DNA of 39,258 nt from Actinomycetes bacterium (GTDB taxonomy: Bacteria; Actinomycetota; Actinomycetes; S36-B12). The stretch lies in the NCBI GenBank assembly GCA_965662415.1, contig CBFIHB010000002.1, positions 1 to 39,258 on the forward strand, written 5' to 3'. This document shows, one piece after another, positions 10,250-22,478 of this stretch. Under the pieces are notes generated by a model. That model saw only the letters and a program-made list of their open reading frames with translations. It made no database searches and was not told where the DNA came from. Position 1 is the first letter of the stretch. The number at the start of each line of letters is the position of its first letter. The position numbers were made by a program, and so were the translations under genes.

Positions 10250-12223
10250 ATGGCTGATCCCTCGAGTTACCGACCGGCGTCCGGGAGCATCCCGACCGAT
10301 CCGGGTGTGTATCGGTTCCGCGATGCGCACGGACGGGTCATCTACGTTGGCAAAGCGCGCTCGTTGCGTTCGCGGCTGAACTCCTACTTCGCAGATTTCG
10401 CCTCCCTCCATCCGCGTACCCAGTCGATGCTCCAGGCGGCGTCAGCGGTCGATTGGGTGGTGGTCGCTACAGAGGTCGAGGCGCTGGCCCTTGAGTTCAC
10501 GTGGATAAAGGAGTTCGATCCGAGGTTCAACGTCAAGTATCGGGACGACAAGTCCTATCCCTACCTGGCTGTAACGATCGGCGAGCAGTTTCCGCGTGCC
10601 TCGGTGGTCCGTGAGCCACGACGCAAGGGCACGCGGTACTTCGGTCCGTACGCACACGCGTGGGCGATCCGCGAAACACTTGATGAGCTTTCGAAGGTCT
10701 TCGGGGTCCGGACCTGCCGAGATGGTGTCTTCCGGCGGGCCGCGCAGATGGGTCGCCCATGCCTGCTTGGCTATATCGACAAGTGCTCTGCGCCGTGTGT
10801 CGGCCGTATCGATGAGGCCGACTACCGCACACGTGTCGACGATTTGTGCCGTTTCCTCGGGGGGAATACCCGACCGTTCGTGAAGACGCTCGAAGCGGCG
10901 ATGACGCAGGCCGCCGAGCGTCAGGACTACGAAGAGGCAGCAAGGCTGCGTGATCGACTGGGCGCCTTGCGCCGGGCGATGGAACGCAACGCGGTTGTCC
11001 TCACCGATGGCACGGACGCCGATCTCATCGCCGTCCACGACGATCCCTTGGAACTCGGTGTCCAGGTATTCCATGTTCGCGACGGCCGGTTAGTGGGCGA
11101 GCGCAGTTTCATCGTGGAGAAGGCCGAGGAATTGGCCCTGGGTGGGTATGTCGAGCGCACCGTGCAGCAGGTCTACGCGGGACGCGATCGCACCGGTGTG
11201 GAGATCGACAGCGCCCGCCCGGCTCGGGAAGTCCTGGTTTCGTGCCCACCTGCCGATCCGACCGCCCTCGAAACATGGCTGGGGGATCGCCGAGAAGGTC
11301 CGGTCGATCTTCGTGTGCCCCAGCGGGGGGATAAGCGCGCACTGATGGAAACCGCTGAGAAGAACGCTGCCGATGCTCTCGCGCGGCATCGGCTCAAGCG
11401 ATCCAGCGACCTCACGGCGCGCAGTGAAGCGCTCAATGAACTTCAAAGTTATCTGGAACTGGCCGAGGCGCCACTGCGCATCGAGTGCATCGATATTTCA
11501 ACCCTGCAGGGGACTGACACGGTGGCATCACTGGTCGTATTCGAAGACGGATTGCCGAAGAAGGCGGACTACCGCACATTCGCGATCCGCACCTCTGGAG
11601 CCGATGACCTCACTGCGGTAGCCGAAGTGGTGTCGCGACGATTCGCGCGCAAAAATGCTGCTGAGCAAGTCGACGGCCCGGCACCGGAAACTGTTTCACC
11701 GGGCGTACCGCAAACCTCTACCTTCGCCTATCCACCGGGACTCCTGGTGATCGATGGCGGAGCGCCTCAGGTTGCTGCGGCCCAGCAGGCGCTGATGGAG
11801 GCAGGTGCTGGAGAAATCCCGGTGATCGGCTTGGCCAAGCGCCTCGAAGAGGTCTGGACGCCCGATTCCCGCGATGCAGTGATCCTTCCGCGCACCAGCG
11901 AGGCGCTGTACCTGCTGCAACGCGTTCGAGACGAAGCGCACCGACCAGCGATTGCCTTCCACCGCAAGCGGCGATCGGCACGAACCCGTTCGAGTGCACT
12001 CGATGCGATCCCCGGGCTCGGGGAGGTGAAGGCGAAGGCGTTGCTGAAGCACTTCGGCAGCGTCAAGGCGATTCGAACTGCTGATGCGCGGGAACTGCAG
12101 CAGGTGGCCGGTATCGGTCCGGCGCTCGCTGTTTCAATAGTCGAGACGCTAGCGTCGGGCCCGAGCAGTGAACCGAGCAGTGAACCGAGCAGTGAACCAA
12201 GCAAGGAGCGCGGCGATGGCTAA
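10250..12223 (+). CDS. uvrC: excinuclease ABC subunit C
   Basis: The start was moved to ATG 10250 (MADPSSYRP...). GIY-YIG region GVYRFRD...VIYVGKA, UVR motif [12 protein letters not shown]-terminal helix-hairpin-helix [18 protein letters not shown]...[12 protein letters not shown]. The C-terminal tail holds an (SSEP)x3 repeat. Confidence 0.95.
   Translation: MADPSSYRPASGSIPTDPGVYRFRDAHGRVIYVGKARSLRSRLNSYFADFASLHPRTQSMLQAASAVDWVVVATEVEALALEFTWIKEFDPRFNVKYRDDKSYPYLAVTIGEQFPRASVVREPRRKGTRYFGPYAHAWAIRETLDELSKVFGVRTCRDGVFRRAAQMGRPCLLGYIDKCSAPCVGRIDEADYRTRVDDLCRFLGGNTRPFVKTLEAAMTQAAERQDYEEAARLRDRLGALRRAMERNAVVLTDGTDADLIAVHDDPLELGVQVFHVRDGRLVGERSFIVEKAEELALGGYVERTVQQVYAGRDRTGVEIDSARPAREVLVSCPPADPTALETWLGDRREGPVDLRVPQRGDKRALMETAEKNAADALARHRLKRSSDLTARSEALNELQSYLELAEAPLRIECIDISTLQGTDTVASLVVFEDGLPKKADYRTFAIRTSGADDLTAVAEVVSRRFARKNAAEQVDGPAPETVSPGVPQTSTFAYPPGLLVIDGGAPQVAAAQQALMEAGAGEIPVIGLAKRLEEVWTPDSRDAVILPRTSEALYLLQRVRDEAHRPAIAFHRKRRSARTRSSALDAIPGLGEVKAKALLKHFGSVKAIRTADARELQQVAGIGPALAVSIVETLASGPSSEPSSEPSSEPSKERGDG
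12161..12208 (+). repeat. in-frame 12-bp tandem repeat (3 perfect copies of CCGAGCAGTGAA plus a degenerate 4th, CCAAGCAAGGAG)
   Basis: Read directly: 12161-12172, 12173-12184 and 12185-12196 are identical, and 12197-12208 is diverged. It encodes (P)[15 protein letters not shown] at the uvrC C terminus. The degenerate copy supplies the AAGGAG ribosome-binding site 7 nt before the rapZ ATG (12216). Confidence 0.9.
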
Positions 12224-13085
12224 CGGGAAGCGAGCTTTCGACGTCCTCTTGGTCACGGGAATGTCCGGAGCCGGTCGGTCGACTGCGGCGCGCGCACTGG
12301 AGGACGCGGGATGGTTCGTCATGGACAACATCCCTCCGATGCTTCTGGGCTCGGCGATTGACGTTGCGGCCGACAATCCTGATGTCGACCGCGTGGCTGT
12401 TGTGGTGGATGCCCGAGGTGGCTCCTTCTTCCCGCAGTTGGCCGAAGCGATGACCGGCTTACGGGACAGAGGCGTGAATGTCGGAGTGTTGTTCCTCGAG
12501 GCCTCCGAGGAGTCCTTGGTTCGGCGGTTCGAATCATCCCGGCGCCCGCACCCGCTGCAGGAGGGTGCGCGGATCCTCGATGGGCTGCGACGCGAGCGCC
12601 TTGTTCTCGGCGATCTGCGTTCGGAGGCCGACCTAGTCATCGACACGACGTCATTGAACGTGCACGAACTTCGTCGCGCCATCGACGCCGCTTTCGCTGA
12701 TCCCGATGAACGATTGCGCATTACCGTGATGTCCTTCGGCTTCAAACACGGCATCCCGGTCGACGCCGACATGGTTGCCGACGCCCGTTTCCTGCCGAAT
12801 CCGTACTGGGATGACGATCTTCGCGATCTGACCGGTCGGGACCCGCGCGTTGCCTCGGCAGTCCTGGCAGGGGAGGGGGCTGCGGAATTCTTGGATCACT
12901 TGACCGCACTGGTGAGCACCACCCGCGATGGCTACCTTCGCGAGGGCAAGCGCTTCGTCACTGTCGCCGTCGGCTGCACAGGTGGGAAGCATCGAAGTGT
13001 GGCATTGAGTCGAGCCCTTGCCGAACGGCTCGAGTCCACCGAGGTGGTTGTCGGCGTCGAAGACCGTGACCTAGGTAAGGAATAG
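12216..13085 (+). CDS. rapZ: RNase adapter / nucleotide-binding protein RapZ
   Basis: The start was moved to ATG 12216 ([23 protein letters not shown], a P-loop), preceded by AAGGAG. It overlaps the uvrC stop by 8 nt. The conserved position is uvrC-rapZ-yvcK-whiA. Confidence 0.9.
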   Translation: MANGKRAFDVLLVTGMSGAGRSTAARALEDAGWFVMDNIPPMLLGSAIDVAADNPDVDRVAVVVDARGGSFFPQLAEAMTGLRDRGVNVGVLFLEASEESLVRRFESSRRPHPLQEGARILDGLRRERLVLGDLRSEADLVIDTTSLNVHELRRAIDAAFADPDERLRITVMSFGFKHGIPVDADMVADARFLPNPYWDDDLRDLTGRDPRVASAVLAGEGAAEFLDHLTALVSTTRDGYLREGKRFVTVAVGCTGGKHRSVALSRALAERLESTEVVVGVEDRDLGKE

Positions 13086-13097
13086 GGGCACGCAGGT

Positions 13098-14048
13098 TTG
13101 GCACGAGTAATCGAAAACAGCGTTGTCGCGCTCGGGGGAGGGCACGGCCTAGCGGCAACCCTGCGCGCGTTGCGGCAGGTCACCGACACCCTGACTGCGG
13201 TGGTGGGAGTGGCAGATGACGGCGGCTCCAGCGGTCGATTGCGCCGGGAATTCGGCGTTCTGCCCCCGGGAGACTTGCGCATGGCGCTGGCTGCGTTGTG
13301 CGCCAAAGACGAGCGGGCGCAGGAGTGGGCTGATGTCCTGCAGCATCGCTTCGGCGGCGAGGGGGAGTTGGCTGGTCACGCAGTCGGCAACGTGCTGATG
13401 ACCGCGTTGTGGGAGCGGCGCGGAGATCCGGTTGCCGGCCTCGACGACTTAGCGCAGTTGGTGGGCGCGGTTGGCCGGGTACTGCCGTGCAGCCTCGAGC
13501 CACTGCAAATCGTCGCGGATGTCACCGGGCATGACCCGCAACGCCCCGACGCGATAGTCACGGTGCGCGGTCAGGTGGAAATCGCAACGACACCGGGCCG
13601 CGTCGAGAAGGTGTGGCTGAATCCGGCATCTGCGCGTGCATGCCCGCCAGCACTCGAGGCGGTGCACTCGGCCCGATCGATCGTCCTCGGTCCAGGTTCG
13701 TGGTTCACCTCGCTTATGCCCCATTTGGTGCTGCCGGAACTTGGCAGGGCGGTTGTCGCCACCGAGGCACGCAAGATCCTGGTCCTGAACCTCGACCCGC
13801 AAGAAGGTGAGACAGGGGACTTCTCGCCGGCTGAGCACATCGAGGCGCTGCGCGCACACGCGCCGGATCTGGAAATGGACGTTGTGATCGTCGATGAAGG
13901 CCACATGGGTGACGCGGCGGCACGAAAGCAGTTGCTGGATGCCTGCTTGGCTTGGTCCGCGGAAGTCCTGGTCACAGACGTCGCGGGGTTCGCGGATCGC
14001 CACGACCCGGACAAGCTCGCCCGGGTCTTCGATACGGTTCTCGCCTGA
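13098..14048 (+). CDS. yvcK: YvcK/CuvA family (CofD-like, gluconeogenesis factor) protein
   Basis: TTG start. Motifs VALGGGHGL and [15 protein letters not shown] are typical of the UPF0052/YvcK family. The gene sits between rapZ and whiA. Confidence 0.85.
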   Translation: MARVIENSVVALGGGHGLAATLRALRQVTDTLTAVVGVADDGGSSGRLRREFGVLPPGDLRMALAALCAKDERAQEWADVLQHRFGGEGELAGHAVGNVLMTALWERRGDPVAGLDDLAQLVGAVGRVLPCSLEPLQIVADVTGHDPQRPDAIVTVRGQVEIATTPGRVEKVWLNPASARACPPALEAVHSARSIVLGPGSWFTSLMPHLVLPELGRAVVATEARKILVLNLDPQEGETGDFSPAEHIEALRAHAPDLEMDVVIVDEGHMGDAAARKQLLDACLAWSAEVLVTDVAGFADRHDPDKLARVFDTVLA

Positions 14049-14068
14049 TGACAGGAGGACCCACCACT

Positions 14069-15052
14069 ATGGCAATGACGGCTGCGGTGAAAGACGAGCT
14101 CAGCCGCGTCGAGGTCACTAAGACGTGCTGCCGCAAAGCCGAAGTTGCCACCTTGCTGAGGTTCGCTGGCGCCCTGCACATCGTGGCCGGGTCGATTGTC
14201 ATCGAAGCCGACGTCGATGCCGGCGCCATCGCGCGGCGAGTGCGCAAGGACATTTTCGACGTCTATGGACACGACAGCGAGATCGCGATGGTGCAAGGCT
14301 CGGGGATCAAGAAGGGCACCCGCTATCTCGTGCGGGTTTCCGAGGGTGGCGAGGCACTGGCGAAACAAACCGGGATCGTCGACGGCGGCGGTCGACCCGT
14401 GCGTGGACTACCGCCAGCGATCGTTGCCGGCGGTCTGTGCGACTGTGAATCTGCATGGCGGGGCGCATTCCTCGCCCATGGATCGTTGACTGAACCCGGT
14501 CGATCCTCATCGCTTGAGATCACCGCCCCGGGGCCCGAGGCCGGCTTGGCGCTCGTGGGAGCCGCACGGCGCCTGGGCATATCCGCGAAGTCGCGGGAGG
14601 TGCGGGGTGTTGACCGCGTCGTCATTCGCGACGGCGATGCCATTAGTGCGTTACTCACCCGGATGGGGGCGCACGAGTCGGTGCTTGCGTGGGAGGAACG
14701 CAGGATGCGCCGAGAGGTTCGGGCCACCGCCAATCGGCTAGCGAACTTCGACGATGCCAACCTGCGCCGGTCGGCACGCGCAGCGGTGGCGGCGGGTGCC
14801 CGGGTGGGGCGGGCCTTGGAGATCCTCGGTGATGACGTACCCGATCACCTCGCGGTCGCTGGACGGCTCCGGATGGATAACCAGCAAGCCAGCCTCGAGG
14901 AACTCGGGGCACTAGCCGACCCGCCGATGACCAAGGACGCCATCGCGGGTCGGATCCGTCGACTTCTCGCCCTAGCCGACAAGCGTGCCGGAGAGTTGGG
15001 AGTGCCCGACACCGAGGCGGCCCTGGTGGACGCCGACTTGTCCGATGACTGA
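14069..15052 (+). CDS. whiA: sporulation/cell-division transcription factor WhiA
   Basis: [34 protein letters not shown] matches the usual WhiA N terminus. ATG 14069 is preceded by AGGAGG (14053-14058) at 10-nt spacing. An alternative in-frame ATG at 14048 overlaps the yvcK stop. The C-terminal HTH region is around [24 protein letters not shown]. Confidence 0.93.
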   Translation: MAMTAAVKDELSRVEVTKTCCRKAEVATLLRFAGALHIVAGSIVIEADVDAGAIARRVRKDIFDVYGHDSEIAMVQGSGIKKGTRYLVRVSEGGEALAKQTGIVDGGGRPVRGLPPAIVAGGLCDCESAWRGAFLAHGSLTEPGRSSSLEITAPGPEAGLALVGAARRLGISAKSREVRGVDRVVIRDGDAISALLTRMGAHESVLAWEERRMRREVRATANRLANFDDANLRRSARAAVAAGARVGRALEILGDDVPDHLAVAGRLRMDNQQASLEELGALADPPMTKDAIAGRIRRLLALADKRAGELGVPDTEAALVDADLSDD

Positions 15053-15092
15053 AGGACGATGGACGCATGACCGACTCTCCGGTGTCACGTAA

Positions 15093-17394
<2,302 letters not shown>

Positions 17395-17398
<4 letters not shown>

Positions 17399-18183
17399 CC
17401 GAACGCAAGCCGCTGATGGCCGGCAACTGGAAGATGAATCTGAATCACTTCGAGGCTATTGCGCTGGTGCAAAAGCTCGCCTTCGGCCTAGACGACAAGG
17501 ATTTCGATGCGGTGGAAGTGGCCGTATTGGTGCCCTTTACCGACATCCGCAGTGTGCAGACGCTTGTCGAGGGCGACCACTACGACATCGCCTACGGCGC
17601 CCAAGACATTTCGGTCCACAGTTCGGGTGCGTACACCGGAGAGGTCTCCGGTGCCATGCTCGCCAAGTTGGGCTGCACGTTCGTCACAGTCGGTCATAGC
17701 GAGCGCCGCCAGTACCACGGCGAGGATGACGCAACAGTCGCTGCGAAGGCTTCGGCGGCAATCGCTTCGCAGATCGTGCCGATCGTATGCGTTGGCGAAG
17801 GTTTGGAAATCCGCCAATCGGGCGAACACGTGGCCTACGTACTCGAGCAGGTCCGTGGATCCCTCGCTGGCCTGAGTGATGAGCAGATCGGCGAGTTGGT
17901 GATCGCCTACGAACCCGTCTGGGCTATCGGGACCGGGGAGGTTGCCACCGGCGAGGATGCCCAAGAGGTCTGTGCCGCCATTCGCGGCGATCTGGCCAAG
18001 CGCAGCAAGCCCGCGGCCCAGTCGGTGCGTATTTTGTACGGAGGTTCGGTGAAGGCTGCCAATGTGGCAGGGATCATGTCCCAACCCGATGTCGATGGCT
18101 GTCTCGTCGGTGGGGCATCACTCGATGCCGACGAGTTCATCGGCATTGTCCGCTTCAGGCTGCACCCTGCGCCGCTGGCGTAG
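17395..18183 (+). CDS. tpiA: triose-phosphate isomerase
   Basis: ATG 17395 overlaps the pgk stop (ATGA). Motifs are AGNWKMN, VGHSERR and [12 protein letters not shown]. The track ORF is over-extended by about 112 codons into pgk. Confidence 0.95.
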
Positions 18184-18209
18184 GACGCGGGGGTATCGTT
18201 GGGCTTCCT

Positions 18210-18458
18210 ATGACCACCGTTCTCACCATCGTCTTGGCCGTGCTCTTGGTCATCACCAGCGCCCTGCTGGTCGTGTTGATCCTGCTGCACCGCGGTAAAG
18301 GCGGAGGCCTCTCGGATCTGTTCGGTGGTGGTGTGTCGTCTTCGATAGGTGGATCCTCGGTCGCCGAGAAGAACCTGGATCGATTGACGGTCGGCATCGG
18401 TCTGATCTGGGCAGCGAGCATCGTGGCCGTCGGGTTGGTTATCAGCACCAGCGTCTAG
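18210..18458 (+). CDS. secG: preprotein translocase subunit SecG
   Basis: 82 aa with two hydrophobic helices flanking the Gly-rich loop HRGKGGGLSDLFGGG. Canonical position after tpiA. No Shine-Dalgarno is visible. Confidence 0.85.
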   Translation: MTTVLTIVLAVLLVITSALLVVLILLHRGKGGGLSDLFGGGVSSSIGGSSVAEKNLDRLTVGIGLIWAASIVAVGLVISTSV

Positions 18459-18487
18459 GGCGTTGCCCTAATGAGGAGGAGTTATTC

Positions 18488-18820
18488 ATGGCAGGTGGCA
18501 GCGCGATCCGTGGCAGCCGTGTCGGTGCCGGTCCGATGGGCGAAGCCGAGCGTGGGGAGGCAGCACCCAGGATCTACATGTCCTTTTGGTGCTCGAACGA
18601 ACACGAGTCACGGCCGAGCTTCGCGACCGATGCCGAGATCCCCGAAGAGTGGGATTGCCCGCGCTGTGGTCTCCCGGCTGGGACCGACAAGGACAACCCA
18701 CCGGCACCCCCCAAGATCGAGCCGTACAAGACGCACCTGGCCTATGTGAAGGAACGACGTTCGGATAAGGACGGCGCTGCCATCTTGCAAGAGGCACTTG
18801 ATCGCCTCGGCGGCAAGTAG
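18488..18820 (+). CDS. rbpA: RNA polymerase-binding protein RbpA
   Basis: GAGGAGGAG lies 6 nt upstream of the ATG. The N-terminal AIRGSRVGAG, the core with Cys/His C35, H39, C57, C60 (WCSNEHE...DCPRCG) and the C-terminal sigma-interaction-like KTHLAYVKERRSDKDGAAILQEALDRL all resemble RbpA as I remember it from M. tuberculosis and Streptomyces. Confidence 0.85.
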   Translation: MAGGSAIRGSRVGAGPMGEAERGEAAPRIYMSFWCSNEHESRPSFATDAEIPEEWDCPRCGLPAGTDKDNPPAPPKIEPYKTHLAYVKERRSDKDGAAILQEALDRLGGK

Positions 18821-18833
18821 ACGACTGTCGAAT

Positions 18834-19814
18834 TCACATCGACGGGCTCTGCAGGAAGGCTGCGAGCACATCGCCGTACTCATCGTCGGGCCCGAGGTGG
18901 CGCAATTCCTCGGCCAGGAGTTCATCTAGGCCGCGAATCGGCAACATGATTCCGGTTGTCGGTGAGCCCGGACGCGCGAAGGTGGCGTTCTGCCAACGAT
19001 CGGGCAGGCGATTGGCGGGGGAATCGCGCTGGGAATCAGCTCCGCGATCAGCGTCCGTGCGACGGACCTCGATGGGCCCGTCGGCCGTAGCCAGCACGAC
19101 CGACTCGATATGCCGGCTGTCGACCTCGTCGATGGACACCCGGCACTGCAGGCGAAGCCCTAGCCAGGCGGCGAGCAATCGACCTGTGGGTAGATCGGGC
19201 CCCGCCTCGATAGACACGGAAGTGACCTCGGGCTGGGGAAGTGCGTCCAAACTTCCGGCGAGCACTGTCCGCCAGGCTGTCAGTCGGGTCCAGGCCAGAT
19301 CGGTGTCGCCGGGGGAGTAGGTCTCGGCGCGCTCGAGTAGCAGTTCCAATGGTGGGCGTCCGTGTCCGCTCGCGATGTCGGTGATCCGGCGAGAGGCGTG
19401 TCGTCCGATCGGGTCCCGGCTTGGATCAGCCGGAGCGTCGCCAGGCCAGAAGGCGACGATCGGTGTGTCGGGCAACAACAATGGAATCACCACCGAGCCA
19501 GCGTGCTCAGCCAAGGAACCGCGCAAACGAAGAATCGCGATTTCCCCGGGGCCTTCGTCGCCTCCAACGGACACCAGCGCATCTAGTTTGGGGCGTTCCT
19601 CGTGTCCGGACTGCCGGGGAATCACCGTGATGATGCGCATCGGATGCTGGCGGGCGGCGTGTACCGCCGCGGATGTGGCCTCTTCCTGATGCTCCTCGCT
19701 GGCCAAGATCAGCAAGGTCAAGACCATGCCGGTGGTGGGTGAACCCTGTCGATGACGTTCAGCGGCGATCGCCGCAGCGACCGCGGTGCCACTTGTGTCC
19801 TCGAGCCGGATCAT
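18834..19814 (-). CDS. opcA: glucose-6-phosphate dehydrogenase assembly protein OpcA
   Basis: The gene lies directly downstream of zwf. ATG 19814 ([12 protein letters not shown]...) forms an ATGA overlap with the zwf stop, whereas the track start 19826 adds 4 residues. The call rests on position and length, with only general similarity recalled. Confidence 0.8.
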   Translation of the reverse strand: MIRLEDTSGTAVAAAIAAERHRQGSPTTGMVLTLLILASEEHQEEATSAAVHAARQHPMRIITVIPRQSGHEERPKLDALVSVGGDEGPGEIAILRLRGSLAEHAGSVVIPLLLPDTPIVAFWPGDAPADPSRDPIGRHASRRITDIASGHGRPPLELLLERAETYSPGDTDLAWTRLTAWRTVLAGSLDALPQPEVTSVSIEAGPDLPTGRLLAAWLGLRLQCRVSIDEVDSRHIESVVLATADGPIEVRRTDADRGADSQRDSPANRLPDRWQNATFARPGSPTTGIMLPIRGLDELLAEELRHLGPDDEYGDVLAAFLQSPSM

Positions 19815-21334
19815 GGTCGCCGCCACATCCGGCCGTCAGCCTCGACCATCCGGTACGACGATTCCGGGCCCCATCCCCCTGCGGAGTACTGCTCGACCGG
19901 CCCCATGCCCTCCCAGTACGCCAGCATCGGATCGATGATGGACCAGGACAACTCGACTTCGTGCCGATCCGGGAAGAGTGGGGGATCGCCCAGAAGAACA
20001 TCGAGGATGAGCCGCTCGTATGCCTCGGGGCTGGTGTCGGCGAAGGACTCGCCGTATTGGAAGTCCATAGTGACATCGCGTACCTCGACGGCTTGAGTGT
20101 CGGGCACCTTGGAACCGAAGCGCACCGTTATGCCCTCATCTGGCTGGATTCGAAAGACCAATGCGTTGTTGCTCAATTCAGCCACGCTTCGTTCCGGGAA
20201 GGGTGAATGGGGTGCACGCTTGAAGATCACCGCCACCTCCGTCACGCGACGCCCGAGACGTTTTCCCGTTCGAAGATAGAAAGGAACCCCGGCCCAGCGA
20301 CGGGTGTCGATATCGAAGCGGGCTGCGGCGAAGGTCTCCGTCGTCGAATCAGAGGGGATGCCGTCTTCTTCGAGGAAGCCACGCACAGGTACGCCCCCTT
20401 GCCATCCGGCTGCGTATTGACCTCTGGATGTGTGCCGGCTCAGATCCCTGGGTAGCGAGACGGCAGCGAGTGCTTTGGTCTTCTCATTGCGGACATCGGA
20501 AGCAGCGAAGGTCAGTGGCTCCTCCATCGCGGTAAGCGCGAGAAGTTGCAGCAGGTGATTTTGCATAACGTCTCGGGCTGCACCGATGCCGTCGTAGTAG
20601 GCGGCTCGACCACCGATGCCGATGTCCTCTGCCATCGTTATCTGCACATTGTCGACGAAATTGGCGTTCCACAACGGCTCGAACATCGCATTCGCGAACC
20701 TGACGGCCAAGATGTTCTGGACCGTCTCCTTGCCTAGGTAATGATCGATACGGAACACCGATTCGGCCGGAAACACTTCGTCGACCAACTGATCGAGTTC
20801 CTCGGCGCTGGTCAGATCATGACCGAAGGGTTTTTCGATCACCACGCGGCGCCATGCATGGGCATGTGGTGGTTCAGCCAAGCCGCTATCTCGCAGATTC
20901 GACAGCACGGTAGGGAAAACCGAAGGGGGGATAGACAAGTAGAAGGCATGGTTGCCGCCCGTGCCGCGTTCGCGATCTAGGTCCTCGATCGCCTGCCCAA
21001 GACGACTGTATGCCTCGGGGTCGGCGGCGTCCCCGGCCACGAAACGGATTCCTTGGGCCAGCCGATCCCACGTGGCCGGATCGAAGCCTGTCCGCGAGTG
21101 CTCCGCTACCGCGTCGCGCACTACTGCCGAGAAGTCCTCATCGGCCCAGTCCCTTCGCGCGAAGCCGACCAAGGCGAAGCCCGGGGGCAACAGACCTCGG
21201 GCGCTGAGATCGTAGATCGCCGGCATGACCTTCTTGCGTGCGAGATCCCCGGTGACGCCGAATAGGACGATCGCGCATGGGCCTGCCACGCGCGGCAATC
21301 TGGTGTCCGAGGCCGAGCGCAGCGGATTGATCAT
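19811..21334 (-). CDS. zwf: glucose-6-phosphate 1-dehydrogenase
   Basis: Motifs are [11 protein letters not shown] (NADP), [10 protein letters not shown] and the active-site [13 protein letters not shown] 21334 (MINPLRS...) lies 7 nt after the tal stop, whereas the track start 21376 would overlap tal by 35 nt. Confidence 0.95.
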   Translation of the reverse strand: MINPLRSASDTRLPRVAGPCAIVLFGVTGDLARKKVMPAIYDLSARGLLPPGFALVGFARRDWADEDFSAVVRDAVAEHSRTGFDPATWDRLAQGIRFVAGDAADPEAYSRLGQAIEDLDRERGTGGNHAFYLSIPPSVFPTVLSNLRDSGLAEPPHAHAWRRVVIEKPFGHDLTSAEELDQLVDEVFPAESVFRIDHYLGKETVQNILAVRFANAMFEPLWNANFVDNVQITMAEDIGIGGRAAYYDGIGAARDVMQNHLLQLLALTAMEEPLTFAASDVRNEKTKALAAVSLPRDLSRHTSRGQYAAGWQGGVPVRGFLEEDGIPSDSTTETFAAARFDIDTRRWAGVPFYLRTGKRLGRRVTEVAVIFKRAPHSPFPERSVAELSNNALVFRIQPDEGITVRFGSKVPDTQAVEVRDVTMDFQYGESFADTSPEAYERLILDVLLGDPPLFPDRHEVELSWSIIDPMLAYWEGMGPVEQYSAGGWGPESSYRMVEADGRMWRRP

Positions 21335-21341
21335 GGTGTGA

Positions 21342-22478
21342 TCACGGCGAAACGGAATCGGGTGCGCCCATGGCATTGCCGACTGTGGCGCGCAGCGCGA
21401 GCCAGGAGTCGATAAAGGATCGAACGCCTGCAGCCTCGAGTTCCGTGCAGACCTCTTTGATGTCGATGCCCAGCTCGGCCAGGGAGTCGACCACTTGCTG
21501 ACTCTCCGAGGCCGTGCCCGTCATCGTGTCCCCGCGAAAGCGGCCGGTGGAGATGACTGCCTCGAGGGTTGGCTCTGGAACGGTATTGACGCAACCGGGG
21601 CCGACCAGTTCGACCACATAGCGTGTTGCGTCATACGCGGGATCCTTCACCCCCGTACTCGCCCATAGCGGCCGTTGCGGACGCGCTCCGGCGGCGTTGA
21701 GTGATCGCCAGGTATCGCCCGATGTGTGATCGAGGTATGCCTGCCACGCCAACCGTGCGTTCGCGATAGCCGCTTTGCCGCGCAGCGATATCGACTCCGA
21801 GCTTGCGCTATCGCCAGAAAGTGCGTCGAGTCGAGCATCGACTGCAGCGTCGACTCGGCTGACGAAGAAGGAAGCAACTGACTCGATGGACGAGAGATCA
21901 ATGCCCGCGTCCAACGCCCGCTGCAGTCCTCGTGTATGCGCAGCCATGACTTCCCGATAGCGCTCGATGGAGAAGATCAAGGTGACGTTGACACTGATGC
22001 CCTCCGCAAGGACGTCGGTCACGGCAGGCAGTCCAGCCTCGGTAGCGGGAATCTTGATCATCGCGTTCGGGCGGTCCACGATCCGCCACAGGTCCCGCGC
22101 CTGGTCGATCGTGCCCTGGGTGTCGTGCGCGAGCCGCGGATCGACCTCAATGGACACGCGACCATCGAGACCTCCGCTGTCCTGCCACGTGGGCAACAGG
22201 ATGTCGCATGCTGCTCGAACGTCATCGGTGGTGATCGCGCGAATCGCTTCATCGATGCTCACGTCGCGGCTTGCCAGGTCGGTGAGTTGTTCGCGGTAAG
22301 CCTGGGCTCCCGAACCTACGGCCTTGTCGAAGATCGTCGGATTGGTGGTGACCCCGCGGATGCCCGAGCCCGCAATGAGGGCCGCGAGGCCGCCACCGAG
22401 GCGGGTGCGATCGAGGTCATCGAGCCACAAACTCACGCCGGCTGCGGTCAGTTCCTCGACGATAAGCGGCTGTCTCAT
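21342..22478 (-). CDS. tal: transaldolase (long actinobacterial type)
   Basis: Motifs are [12 protein letters not shown] and [10 protein letters not shown] (Schiff-base Lys region). The start overlaps the tkt stop (ATGA). Confidence 0.93.
   Translation of the reverse strand: MRQPLIVEELTAAGVSLWLDDLDRTRLGGGLAALIAGSGIRGVTTNPTIFDKAVGSGAQAYREQLTDLASRDVSIDEAIRAITTDDVRAACDILLPTWQDSGGLDGRVSIEVDPRLAHDTQGTIDQARDLWRIVDRPNAMIKIPATEAGLPAVTDVLAEGISVNVTLIFSIERYREVMAAHTRGLQRALDAGIDLSSIESVASFFVSRVDAAVDARLDALSGDSASSESISLRGKAAIANARLAWQAYLDHTSGDTWRSLNAAGARPQRPLWASTGVKDPAYDATRYVVELVGPGCVNTVPEPTLEAVISTGRFRGDTMTGTASESQQVVDSLAELGIDIKEVCTELEAAGVRSFIDSWLALRATVGNAMGAPDSVSP

Noticed and set aside
12161-12208. The 12-bp tandem repeat as a CRISPR-like or regulatory repeat array
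   Set aside because: The units are directly adjacent with no spacers, are only 12 bp long, lie in frame inside uvrC, and no cas genes are present. It is a coding minisatellite.
18194-18199. TATCGT 10 nt upstream of the secG ATG as another leaderless-type promoter
   Set aside because: The spacing is longer than in the other cases, and secG lies only 26 bp after tpiA, so read-through from the gap operon explains its expression without a dedicated promoter.
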